64,000 nucleotides of DNA from Spirochaetaceae bacterium (GTDB taxonomy: Bacteria; Spirochaetota; Spirochaetia; B11-G9), in NCBI GenBank assembly GCA_030638735.1, contig DAOWEB010000162.1, forward strand, positions 1,416 through 65,415, read 5' to 3'. Shown here one piece after another: positions 19,188 to 30,200 of this stretch. The notes below the pieces were generated by a model that searched no databases, was not told the DNA's origin, and saw only the letters and a program-made list of their open reading frames with translations. The position numbers and the translations under genes were made by a program. Within the stretch, counting starts at the first letter, position 1. Each line of letters opens with the position of its first letter.

Positions 19188-22100
19188 TGGAAATATTTCA
19201 GAATACATATCGAAAACTGGATAGAGATACGGCGATTAATAAATATGATAATCAAAGTTATTATGATGCTCGTAATGTAAGGATTACAAGTGATGATCCA
19301 CTTAAGAGTGGTGCTATCTCTAATGTTCTTGGTAATGAATTACTTATATCAGCATTTCCTTCTTATTCTTCAGATAAAATTATTGGAGCAAAGAAGTTTA
19401 GAGATCAGGTTGTGATTTTCTCTAGTCCTCAAGATGATGATGAGGGTGCTTTAGATGGTAAGTTGTGGGTATGGACAAATAATAATATTGCTTTTAATGT
19501 AGGTAATTTAGAATTATTGTATAATGGATTTAATTTTTCTCAACAGTTTCCTATTGAACATATTGAAGTTTTTTATGAAGGTCCAGATGTACAAAAAGTA
19601 TATTGGACAGATGGTTATAACAATTTGCATTATGCTAATATTGCAGATGCTGATATTTTAACTAAGGATTTAGCAGAATTTGATATCATTCCTGATATTG
19701 ATCTATCATCTCCTACATTAAATGCTATTACTACTGGTAGTATTCCTGTTGGTATGGTTCAATATGCTTATAGATTATATAGATTAAATGGTTCTGCTTC
19801 GAATTTTTGTCCTGCAGGTAATTTGATTCCAATAACCACAGCTTCAGAAAGCATGGGAAATACTATTCAATATCGTGGATCTGATTATTTGGATAGTAAT
19901 GGAAATCCGGTTATCTCCGGAAAGGGTGTAAGAATTAAAATCGAAGATATAGATGATACTTATGACAGAATAGAGGTTGTCGCAATACATTATGATAGAA
20001 TCCATTCTACTCCAAGGATATATATTGTAGAGGTATCTCCTACGACTTCTACCATGTATTTTACAGATGAAGGATTATGGGATATTGGGGAATATTCTTT
20101 ATCAGAGTTTTTATTAATAAGTAATCCTTTTGTAGCAAAGACTATAGCATCTAAAAATAACATCTTGTTTGCCGGTAATATCGAAGGAGATGAATATGAT
20201 CTGAGTTTTGATGCAAGAGCTTATAGATATTCAACAGAGGATGCTGGATTGAAACACTGTTATTTATATGAACATGATAGTGGAAGCTTTTCTATTGGTG
20301 CAGATGTGTTAGGAACATATTATGTGAGGGAACTTACTGCTGGAGATGTATGGATAAAGTATATTAATAATGTTGCACAGACACCAACATATACTACAGC
20401 AACACTTCCCGAAGACATTGATGCAATATGTATGAATAATCCTAAGTATGATCAGAATCAAAACCAACCATTAGCAGGTAAATATCAACAAAGTACCTAT
20501 GATGTTGGTGGTGAGGGAGTAAATGTAGCATATACATTTGGAGTAAAAGATCAAATGGTTATAGATTTGCAAGCGAATGCAGATGAAATTATTACATTTA
20601 AACAAGGTAGTACAGATGCTCCTTATTATTATTATGGTCCTGACAGTCCTTATTATAATCAAGAATATACTACTTGGGTTCGTGATGAGACTTATCGATT
20701 TGGAGTTGTCTTTTTTGATGAAAAAGGTAGATTAAGTCCTGTTAAATGGATTGGAGATATTAGGATGCCACATCAAATGGAAACTCTTGGAGAGGTTGAA
20801 CCAGGCTTTTCTTATACTTCAGATCTTGGTGGTGATCAATTAATAAATTATGGACAACCAATAAAGGTTACATTTGAATTAACAAATATTCCAACTACAG
20901 CAAAGTATTGTCAAATAGTATATGTGGAAAGAACAAATGTAGATAAGACTTGTGTTGCTCAGGGTGTATTAGGATGGCAATATAGTGGGTTTGAATCTTT
21001 TTTATTTATGGATCCTCTTTTTAATATTACTAAAGCTAATTATTCTAGTCAGACATTTTTAAATATGTTCTCTCCAGAGTTTTCTGTATTTAAAGATTTT
21101 TCTAAAGGAAGTGATGATTATTTAGAAATAATTGGAAATGTTACAGTAACAGATCAAGCAAATCATGATTATGATGCTTCGTTTCCAGTTATAAATTATA
21201 TTACTAAACATCATTCATTTACACCTGTAGCGTCAGTATGGAAAGCAGTAGCAGATGCCAGATTAGAAATTGCAAATACAACATTAGATATTGAACATAC
21301 AACAAAGAATTTTGCTGGTAATGATTATGAACAAGGAATGTCACAAGATGCTACACATGAAGCAGATCTTGGTACCTGTTTATTAATCGATGTTGCAGAT
21401 GCTTTAATTTTAACAACATTAAGTGCAGATACTGGTATAATGGTTAACTATCGTAAGATGCTTTTTGGTTCTCAATATGGTGGTTATTCATTTGAAGATC
21501 GTTCTCGTAATGTATATATTCCTGCAGGACCAATGGTTAAAATAACAGCACAAGCAGCTACAGCTTATGCTAGTTGGGGTGATGCTTGGATAGGTTATTC
21601 AGATCATCTAACGGCATTTTTTAATGATTATTATTATACTGATAATAGTGTTGGTTATATGACAGTTGATTATATACCATGTGAAACTTCTGTTAATTTA
21701 ACTTATCGTCATGATGATTCATTTCATACAGTATATGAAAGTGATGCTGCAATCTATATGAAAGAAACTGGTAATGCTGAATTTTCAGTAATTGAAACTG
21801 GTGTAGGTACTGATACAAATACTTATTCTCCGGATTGGACAGATTACTATGTTTATAATACAGTATATTCCCGTAGACCTGATGCTAGAAAGTATTATGC
21901 AAAACCACTTGATTATATAACATCTTTTGCAAATGATATTATTGTACAAGCTTCTGATGTCAAAGAGGGAATGGAAACGATTGATCCATGGACCAGGTGG
22001 GCGAATAATGAATATCTATATGTAGATGGAACCCATGGACCACTTAATAGATTATACAGCTGGAAAAATGAATTACTATACTGGCAGGAAGATGCCGTAG

Positions 22101-23020
22101 GAGTGCTTAGTGTTTTCGATAGGTCTGTACTTAGTGATAGTCAGGGTAAACAGGTTTCCCTTGGAGAAGGAACTATATTACAAAGATATGATCATATAAT
22201 AACTGAAGCCGGGATATCTACCAAACAAAGCATTGCTTCAAGTTCTTCAGGGATATATTGGTTTGATGCAAAGAGAAAGAAGTTTCGTAGGTTTCGTAAT
22301 TCCATTGAGGATATTGGTATTGTCTATGGTATAAATTCATGGCTCAAAGATATAGCTGATGATGTTATAAGTGCGGATTGTGCTATATCTAGTGATTTGG
22401 ATTATAAGGGATTTGTAATGGCAGATAATCCATTGTATAATGAGATATGGTTTACTGTAAAAAGTGCATTAGCAACCGGGACTACTCTTGTTTATAATGA
22501 AATTGTGGATTCATTTACTGGTTTTCTGGATAATCATGCATGCATGCAGTTTACTATAAATGATAGACTTTTTAGTTCTTATTCATCTGCATTATATGAA
22601 GAGAATATTGGAGATAAAGGACATTTCATGGGGTCATATTATGATAGTTATATTACTATGATGGTTGTTCCTATGGCTAATATTCCTGTTACTGTTTCTA
22701 ATTTTGAAATTACTAGTGAGGTTTGGGATGGTGCATCACATATGCACGATTTAACCATGACAAATATACAGGTTGAAAATGATTACCAGGATACAGGAGT
22801 AGTCACAATTGATTCTGATAACAGCAGGAGATTACTTAGAACATGGAAGATTGATGCCGGTAGAAATTCAGGTGATGATGCCAGATTAAGAGATACATAT
22901 AGTAAGGTTACTCTTACTTATGAAAATGATGCAAGTAATTATGGAATTGTTTTACATGATTTTCTTACTCTTTATTCAGTACCGGCTGAATCGATTGCTA
23001 ATAAAATGAGAGAGAACTAA
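19187..23020 (+). CDS. large virion structural protein (tail hub or muzzle-type candidate)
   Basis: 1,277-aa ORF rich in Tyr/Asn/Asp/Thr, located upstream of putative ejection proteins. No catalytic motif recognised. Confidence 0.5.
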   Translation: MEIFQNTYRKLDRDTAINKYDNQSYYDARNVRITSDDPLKSGAISNVLGNELLISAFPSYSSDKIIGAKKFRDQVVIFSSPQDDDEGALDGKLWVWTNNNIAFNVGNLELLYNGFNFSQQFPIEHIEVFYEGPDVQKVYWTDGYNNLHYANIADADILTKDLAEFDIIPDIDLSSPTLNAITTGSIPVGMVQYAYRLYRLNGSASNFCPAGNLIPITTASESMGNTIQYRGSDYLDSNGNPVISGKGVRIKIEDIDDTYDRIEVVAIHYDRIHSTPRIYIVEVSPTTSTMYFTDEGLWDIGEYSLSEFLLISNPFVAKTIASKNNILFAGNIEGDEYDLSFDARAYRYSTEDAGLKHCYLYEHDSGSFSIGADVLGTYYVRELTAGDVWIKYINNVAQTPTYTTATLPEDIDAICMNNPKYDQNQNQPLAGKYQQSTYDVGGEGVNVAYTFGVKDQMVIDLQANADEIITFKQGSTDAPYYYYGPDSPYYNQEYTTWVRDETYRFGVVFFDEKGRLSPVKWIGDIRMPHQMETLGEVEPGFSYTSDLGGDQLINYGQPIKVTFELTNIPTTAKYCQIVYVERTNVDKTCVAQGVLGWQYSGFESFLFMDPLFNITKANYSSQTFLNMFSPEFSVFKDFSKGSDDYLEIIGNVTVTDQANHDYDASFPVINYITKHHSFTPVASVWKAVADARLEIANTTLDIEHTTKNFAGNDYEQGMSQDATHEADLGTCLLIDVADALILTTLSADTGIMVNYRKMLFGSQYGGYSFEDRSRNVYIPAGPMVKITAQAATAYASWGDAWIGYSDHLTAFFNDYYYTDNSVGYMTVDYIPCETSVNLTYRHDDSFHTVYESDAAIYMKETGNAEFSVIETGVGTDTNTYSPDWTDYYVYNTVYSRRPDARKYYAKPLDYITSFANDIIVQASDVKEGMETIDPWTRWANNEYLYVDGTHGPLNRLYSWKNELLYWQEDAVGVLSVFDRSVLSDSQGKQVSLGEGTILQRYDHIITEAGISTKQSIASSSSGIYWFDAKRKKFRRFRNSIEDIGIVYGINSWLKDIADDVISADCAISSDLDYKGFVMADNPLYNEIWFTVKSALATGTTLVYNEIVDSFTGFLDNHACMQFTINDRLFSSYSSALYEENIGDKGHFMGSYYDSYITMMVVPMANIPVTVSNFEITSEVWDGASHMHDLTMTNIQVENDYQDTGVVTIDSDNSRRLLRTWKIDAGRNSGDDARLRDTYSKVTLTYENDASNYGIVLHDFLTLYSVPAESIANKMREN

Positions 23021-24894
23021 TGGCAAAGAAGAATTTCATAATGAATGATATTTTGAGGGATGCTTTATTAGAGCAATTGCCAGTAAAGGTTCTAGCTACT
23101 GGTGGTAATATAAAAAATAAAAGTATGAAAAAGAAAAGATTAGCAAGTGGTGGTGCAGCATTCACATCAAGTAATGCTTTTAATATTATGAAGCTTGTTG
23201 GTGGTGCTGCTATTACAGCAACAGGAAATCCGGCAATAGGATTACCTTTAGGTATATCAGGTGTTACAGGATTAGCAGGAGATTTAACGGATGAAGAATC
23301 TCAGGTATACAATCCTCCGGTATCAAAAGAAAGTCAACTGTATCAAACACCATTGGCTTATGGTGGTAAAATAAGTCGTACAGATTATGAAGGATTCTCA
23401 CATGAGGATGGTGGAATAAGTATGTCTAATGCTGGAGTAGAACTTGAGGGTGGAGAAACACGTACTGGAGATATGGTTCATTCAGAAAGAGTAAAATTAA
23501 ATAGGGCTATGTTTAATTATTTTATAAATAAAATTCCATTAAAGAAAGGTGATATTGGTAAATCAATTTCAGATATTGTTAAGTCCCGGGATAAGGGTTT
23601 TGAAATGCGTGAAGGGGATAAGTGGAATGACATAGCCAGGAAAGCTACTCAAAAGCCTTTTGAGATAATGAGTGAAGAGATATCCGAAGTAAGTAATGAG
23701 TTGATTGAACAGGATGTTATGATGGGTGCCACGGGATTTAATTTTGAAGATTTATCATCTATGGAATACGCTCCTGTATCAGCAAATATAGGTTTAGGAA
23801 TCGCAGAAGCACTTACCCCTGTTGAGAAGGTTGATTACGAACAAGCTAAGTTTACACCTACAAAGGTTTCTCCTGTAGATACAAGTGCCGGTATTGGTCG
23901 TATAAAAAGATCATTTGGTAATATTGTAGAAAAAAGGAGAAGACTTAATCCAAGGGGTTACATGAAAGATATGATTAATATCGGGGCTGCAGAAACAGAA
24001 GCTATCGGAGATCTGACTTCAAAAGCTAATGTAGAAAATGCACGTTTAAAAAGCAGGGCATATGCAATAGATTCTAGTAAGCAAGGTAGATTAAGTATGT
24101 TCAACTCACAATTAGCAGCCAGAGAAGCAGAGGCTAATGCAGCCAATAGAGCAAAGAAAGCGAGTACTGTAAGTACTAGGATTGCGAGTGCAGCAACCCA
24201 GGCAGGACAGATAGCACGGGATGATAAATTATTTACAGCTCAGGATGAACAGAATCAAGCTTTAATAGATTTGTATAATAAGAGACTTAATTTAGATTAT
24301 GGTACTGGTGAAGAAGGAACTGCAGGATTAGAAAATGAAATTGAGTTACTTAATCCTGAATATAATGCCCAGGATAATTTATTATCTATAGGAGATGAAT
24401 CTATAGATGCTGTATCAAAAGGATTAGATACTCCAAGTTATAATATTAATAGATCTTCTTCAGCACCATCTAATATTTTAAACCAGGCAGGAACATATGA
24501 TCCGGAATTAGGAGGATTTAGAGCAAATCAAGATATGACAGCATATCCAAATGATAATCTTTCAAATAATGATGCTATTTCTAAGGGATTAGATTTTACT
24601 TCATCAATGTCAGAACCTTTTGAACAAGAAGATTGGATGAGTGAATTATTTCATCCTGAAGGTGATATTCAAAATAAAGCAATGAAAGATAAAATTCAAA
24701 AAAAGCGGTTTGATGATACAACAAAAAAAGTAAATACAGCAATGGGAAGTGCTTTTAATCCTAATATGATGATTATAACTGATAAAGATGGTAGGAAAAG
24801 ATTAGTACCCCGAACAACTAAAAATAGATATCCATCTCTTCCATATAAAGGAAGTGTAGAGGAATTTGAGACTGAATTAGAATATGGATTTTAA
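23020..24894 (+). CDS. putative internal virion / ejection protein
   Basis: 624 aa with a Gly/Ala-rich hydrophobic N-terminal segment (LVGGAAITATGNPAIGLPLGISGVTGLAGDL) and an Ala/Gln/Asn-rich coiled-coil centre. Lies directly upstream of the giant RNAP-containing ORF. Confidence 0.4.
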   Translation: MAKKNFIMNDILRDALLEQLPVKVLATGGNIKNKSMKKKRLASGGAAFTSSNAFNIMKLVGGAAITATGNPAIGLPLGISGVTGLAGDLTDEESQVYNPPVSKESQLYQTPLAYGGKISRTDYEGFSHEDGGISMSNAGVELEGGETRTGDMVHSERVKLNRAMFNYFINKIPLKKGDIGKSISDIVKSRDKGFEMREGDKWNDIARKATQKPFEIMSEEISEVSNELIEQDVMMGATGFNFEDLSSMEYAPVSANIGLGIAEALTPVEKVDYEQAKFTPTKVSPVDTSAGIGRIKRSFGNIVEKRRRLNPRGYMKDMINIGAAETEAIGDLTSKANVENARLKSRAYAIDSSKQGRLSMFNSQLAAREAEANAANRAKKASTVSTRIASAATQAGQIARDDKLFTAQDEQNQALIDLYNKRLNLDYGTGEEGTAGLENEIELLNPEYNAQDNLLSIGDESIDAVSKGLDTPSYNINRSSSAPSNILNQAGTYDPELGGFRANQDMTAYPNDNLSNNDAISKGLDFTSSMSEPFEQEDWMSELFHPEGDIQNKAMKDKIQKKRFDDTTKKVNTAMGSAFNPNMMIITDKDGRKRLVPRTTKNRYPSLPYKGSVEEFETELEYGF

Positions 24895-24905
24895 TACTTA
24901 ATATT

Positions 24906-27251
24906 ATGGGAGGCATCAATAGATTTTACAATCCTGCAATACCTCAATATACTTCTCAATTTGTTGAGGATAAGGTACCATTTCAGGAGATGATGGCACT
25001 TGAAGATTATCGTACACAGCGTACTGAAAGGGCAGATGAAACTCTTGCTGATACAAATGCGCTTATATCTGCATTAATGCCGGGTGCCAGTACTCAGGAT
25101 TTATCCCAGGAAGTACAGAAAAAACATATGGGTAATATTCAGAACTGGATGGAGAAGTATGGTAAAGGTGATAATATTGCTTCTATTCCTGCTATGCGTG
25201 ATTTAAATAAGATACGTGCTGCATGGCAAAATGATATGGATGTAAAGACTATTTTACAGGATCGTGAAGCTACTCCTGCTTATACACAAATGACTATGAA
25301 TGCAAGTTCCAGAGATATTAATCCTAATCTGATAGATGGAAAAGTAAGGCAGATAGAAAGTGGTGAAGGATTTACTCCGTATCAAAACCTTATTCGTCCT
25401 GAAGAAAGTGAAGAGTATATAAGAGATGTATTAAAAGGTGTTGAAACTACTTCTGGTTCAAGACGTAGATTAGAATATGTTAAAGATGCAGAGGGAAATA
25501 TTATTGAAGATGATAAAGGAAATAAATTACAGGAATATGTAAATGAATTCTATGAATCAAGTGATGATGTACAATTAGGAAAGACAATCGATGATTTAAG
25601 TGAACAAGTTTTAAGTGGTAAGATGCAAGGATCTGAATATATTAAAGCTAAGTTAGGTGATGATTTTAATAAAGAAGGTATTGTTGATTACTTGCAGGAT
25701 TACAGGCAGGAATTTACTTTTGCAGAAAAAACTCGAGCAACCGGACAATTATTACCTGGTCAGTTTACTAATAAAGAAGAGAAGGAAGAGGAGAAAGATG
25801 TAAGTGGTACTACATCATTACCAGTACATACAGGTTCAGGAAGTGATACTCCGGGTAATATAGGTGGTGGTTTAGGTGATCCAGGTGTTATTGATAGAGC
25901 AAGCAGTATAGTTACTGATATTATTCGTGGTGAAAGATTTTGGGGTGCTCTTAATAATATAAGTGATGAAAATGATATTATGGATCCTTCGAAACTTTAT
26001 AATTATGACGCTAAAGATGCGGCTTTTTGGCCAGCAGGAGTATTAACTCCACGGGATTATAGAAGGAACTATGTATGGGCTGCGCTTGATAAAAATTATG
26101 AAGATAATAAAGCGGCCATTGAAAGTTATATTGAAAAGTTTGATAAAAATCCTGATGCTAAAGCTTATGATACTATTACATGGAATAATTATAAGAGGCA
26201 CATGACTAAGGCAATATCAAGTTGGGAGAATCAAAATACTGCAAATGGTAAATCAATGTTCTCTAATGATATAAGTGAAAAGGAAGCTTATTATACTATA
26301 CTTAATGAATCGACTATAGATTGGAATAAAAGTCCATTTGGAGATCGGGAAAGTTTTAAAGACAAACCTCTTGAGGAATGGACAAAGAGTGATAAATTAT
26401 GGGTTAGGAAAAAGCAAAAGCAAGAAATTAATGATTTAGCTAAGACTAAAAGTTCTGATAAGGTATTATTATGGAATAGTGCTTCTATACCACAGGGCTT
26501 AAGAGATCTTGTTGATGAAGCATTTGCAAGTCATACAGAAGCCGGTGTAATAACTGCTGATAATGCTTCAGCTATATGGAGAGGTCCTAGAATTATAAAG
26601 GTAGGAGATAAAGATCATAAAGATATGTCACCATTAGATAGGAATAGAGTTTTTAGAAAAGGTGTATCATTTAAAATCAATGGTATTGTAGATTCTAAAT
26701 CAACAACTTTTGGACCTGGTAACTTATCTGTTAGTGTAGATGGAGAAGATTATTATATTGATATGTCTGGTATTTTAGGTGATCAGGAGAGACTTGAATC
26801 AGCATTTTATACTTATAATCAAAAAGATTCTCAAGGATCCAGTGATGTATTTTATATTAAAAATACCAGAGGTTTAATGGATGTAGATGTAGCTGATAAA
26901 TGGACAAAGGAAGAACGAGGAATTCAATATGGTGATACACCAATGATGGTTCGTAAAAATATTATGACCGATCAATTGGAATTGCTTATTTATACTGAAG
27001 ATCCAAATTCTAGAACTCCTTCAGATGGAGTATCTAATGAAAGATCTGAAACTAATCCACAGGGTTTTAAAAAAGTTAAATTAGGAAAGATAAATGATGA
27101 TCCATATCCAGTATCTATGAGGTATAAAGTAACTCAGGAATATTTATTAGATCAAATTGAAAAGACAGATGATTCTACAATAAAAGCTCAATTACAAGAA
27201 GAGTTAATCGAATTAGAACAAACTTATGATTTATTTCGTACTCAATTTTAA
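24906..27251 (+). CDS. putative internal virion / ejection protein
   Basis: 781-aa ATG ORF between the 624-aa protein and the giant ORF. No motif recognised. Confidence 0.4.
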   Translation: MGGINRFYNPAIPQYTSQFVEDKVPFQEMMALEDYRTQRTERADETLADTNALISALMPGASTQDLSQEVQKKHMGNIQNWMEKYGKGDNIASIPAMRDLNKIRAAWQNDMDVKTILQDREATPAYTQMTMNASSRDINPNLIDGKVRQIESGEGFTPYQNLIRPEESEEYIRDVLKGVETTSGSRRRLEYVKDAEGNIIEDDKGNKLQEYVNEFYESSDDVQLGKTIDDLSEQVLSGKMQGSEYIKAKLGDDFNKEGIVDYLQDYRQEFTFAEKTRATGQLLPGQFTNKEEKEEEKDVSGTTSLPVHTGSGSDTPGNIGGGLGDPGVIDRASSIVTDIIRGERFWGALNNISDENDIMDPSKLYNYDAKDAAFWPAGVLTPRDYRRNYVWAALDKNYEDNKAAIESYIEKFDKNPDAKAYDTITWNNYKRHMTKAISSWENQNTANGKSMFSNDISEKEAYYTILNESTIDWNKSPFGDRESFKDKPLEEWTKSDKLWVRKKQKQEINDLAKTKSSDKVLLWNSASIPQGLRDLVDEAFASHTEAGVITADNASAIWRGPRIIKVGDKDHKDMSPLDRNRVFRKGVSFKINGIVDSKSTTFGPGNLSVSVDGEDYYIDMSGILGDQERLESAFYTYNQKDSQGSSDVFYIKNTRGLMDVDVADKWTKEERGIQYGDTPMMVRKNIMTDQLELLIYTEDPNSRTPSDGVSNERSETNPQGFKKVKLGKINDDPYPVSMRYKVTQEYLLDQIEKTDDSTIKAQLQEELIELEQTYDLFRTQF

Positions 27252-27260
27252 ATTCTAGAA

Positions 27261-30200
27261 ATGGCCAAGAAGAATAGAACATGGATAAAGTTAGATGGTC
27301 AAACGATCATGCCTCCAACACTAGATGAAAATCTACTTCCTATTGAAGAAACTTTACCTTTAGATGAAGATATTTTAGAGCTTAATACAGGAAGGGGAAA
27401 ACAATCTTATTTTGATATTGATTATTCTAAATCTACTTCAAGAAGACTTGAGGGTACAGGTCAGCCTATTTATGATGAAGAAGGGGTGCTTGCTGCCAAT
27501 CAATCTTTTATTAGTAAAGTAGCGAGTGGTGTTGTTAGTAGAGGTACAAGTATCTTTCCAAAGATAGGACAGAATGTAGCTCATATGGCCGGAGCAATAA
27601 ATTATGGTGTTGATTATATGTTTGAAGCTGCTAAGTTTCTTACAACTGAAGAAGGGACAAAGTTTGAACCAGATGTTGATCCAGCAATGATTTGGGACAA
27701 TCAATTAGCTGAGACATTTAAGATAGTAGATGATAAGTTACTTGAAGAACTACCTGTTTATAAACATCATTATGAAAGATATGGAAGTTTGAAAGATCAA
27801 ATGCGGGGTACTGCTTTTTGGGCAAATGATCTTTTAGATGGTATAGCATTTCTTGGAATGGCGTATGTAACCGGTGCTGGTATTGGTGCTGCATCCAAAG
27901 GAATGTTATTCTCAAAAGCTTTTCTTGCCACAACCAAGGGTAAGCAAGCTGTACAAAGTGTAAAAACTATATCTGCTACAGTATTAAATGCTATGGGTGA
28001 ATCAGGTTTTGAAACAAAAGATTATAATGATTCACAACGAGATTTTATTTCATACAGAGAATATGGAGAAGCGTATAAACAACTTCCGGAAGACTTACAG
28101 AAAGAAATAAAAGAACAGGTTGCTCCGGGTGCCGCCCGTGTATATAGAGGTAATCTTGGTGTTCTTATCCTTCCTAATTATGTTCAAAGTAGATTTATGT
28201 ATGGTTCAGCTGGTCGGGCTGCCAAGGGAGTACGTAATGCAGTACGTAGTGGTAAAATGACAGCTAGTGATATCAAAGTGTGGAAAGAGGGACTTAAAGG
28301 AGGAGGGTTAAGTGCTTTGACTGAAGGACTTTGGGAAGAAGGTATGCAGCATTCTTTACAAACTTATAATGAACGTAAGATATCAAGTAATCAAGATTGG
28401 GGTGATTATATGAATGGCCTTGCTAATCAGTGGGTAGATAATTGGGCTACAACAGAAGGTCAGAAAAGTATGATGCTTGGAGCTCTCATTGGATTAGGTT
28501 TTGGTGGGATAGGTGGAGTAGGACAGGCAATGGCTAAAAAGAAATTTATTTCCGAAGAAGAGAAAATTTGGGATGATCTGACAAAGATATTAGATATTAA
28601 TAACCAATGGTATACAGAACATATATCTGCACCATTTCAAAAACATAAGAATAAAAAGACTGTAAATGGTGAGACTATTGAAATAGAAGGATATTATGAT
28701 GAGAATGGAGAAGTAACAACGGATCCTGAGAAACTTCGTAGGATGTTTCTGTACATGGTGAACAATAAGTTCCTTTATGATGAAGCAATGGCCGCCGCCG
28801 TCAATGGTGATGATATTCACCTGAAGGCTGTTAACAATGATGCACTGGCAAGATTGTATTACAGGTATGCAACATCTCCTGGTATCACTAATCTTGATGA
28901 AGTAGATGAACTGCTTTTAAAACGGGAGTTACAAGTCCCGGTTGAATTACAAGATGAAGGTATAACCCAACAGTTTACCAAAGAGTCTTTAGCTCCTTTT
29001 CGTGAAGCATATGAAGAAGCTGAAACTGCATTGATGGATCTTGATGATTTTACTGAAAACAAAGATGATAGATTCTGGAAGGATGTTGTTCAGAAAACAT
29101 TATTCGGGGAGAAGATGAAAAGGGATTTCCTTAATGATCTGAAATTAGATGAAAATATATCCAAGGAAACCAGTGAGCAAATAGATCGTTTATTAAAAGA
29201 TAGTTCACAAAGAACAAAATTATTATTAAGGAAAGATACCAGGGAGAAATTAAAGAAGGAATATCAAAAAGAAATATCAAGTCAGGAAGAGGCATTACTA
29301 AAGCAAAAGGCTATTTTCAATAAGGAGATTGATACTGAAGAAGAACGTATTCGTGCTCAGTATGAAATTGATGAGTTCTTTGATATCAATGGTAAGTCAA
29401 CACCTTTTTCAACGGAATGGATATATGATTATGATATCACTTATGACAATGCTCTTGGTATGTCCAGACCATTTGGTACGAAATATAATTATTTTAAAGA
29501 GTTAGGTGATCAGTATTCTAAAAAAGCAACTATCAGGGATGAACTTGATAAAACAAAATCAGGACGTGCTTCTATTTCAGTTCCTTTAAAAATGGCAGAG
29601 CAGGCTGGTATAAGTGGTGTGATGTTTTCGGAAGAGGAAGTACTTGAGATGGAAACGGCTGTTGGTGAACGAGATAAAAACTTAAGCAGGGCTGAAAAGA
29701 AAGTTGCAGAAAGAGAGGCTTTTAATGAGTCATATCCTGAAGAAATTACTGAAGCATTTATAAACGAACAGGGCTTTCCGGAAGGAAGACAAATTCCTAA
29801 TCCTGCGATAACACCTGAAATACAGGCTGCTATTGATAGGAATAGTAAATACCTTGATGCATATCAAAAAAGAGTTGCTGATCAAATCTTAGCAAAAGAA
29901 GCTTTAAATGCACTTCGAGAAATGACCAAGGCAAATGATGAGAAGGTTTCCAGAAATAAGATTAAAACACACAGGAGATTCCAGCGTAAATTTGCAGATT
30001 ATCCTGTTAAAAGAGCTATTAATCTGGCAAATACATTTAAGAGTAACAAATCATTTGATGATGCTAATATTGTTGGATCGACTCTTCGTGAATTAAAAAA
30101 CCGTAAGAGGATATATGCAATGCCTGGTCGTAAAATGATGCTTACAACAAATGAATTTAAAGGATATATTGAAAGTGTTAATGATGTTATTACAGAGCTT

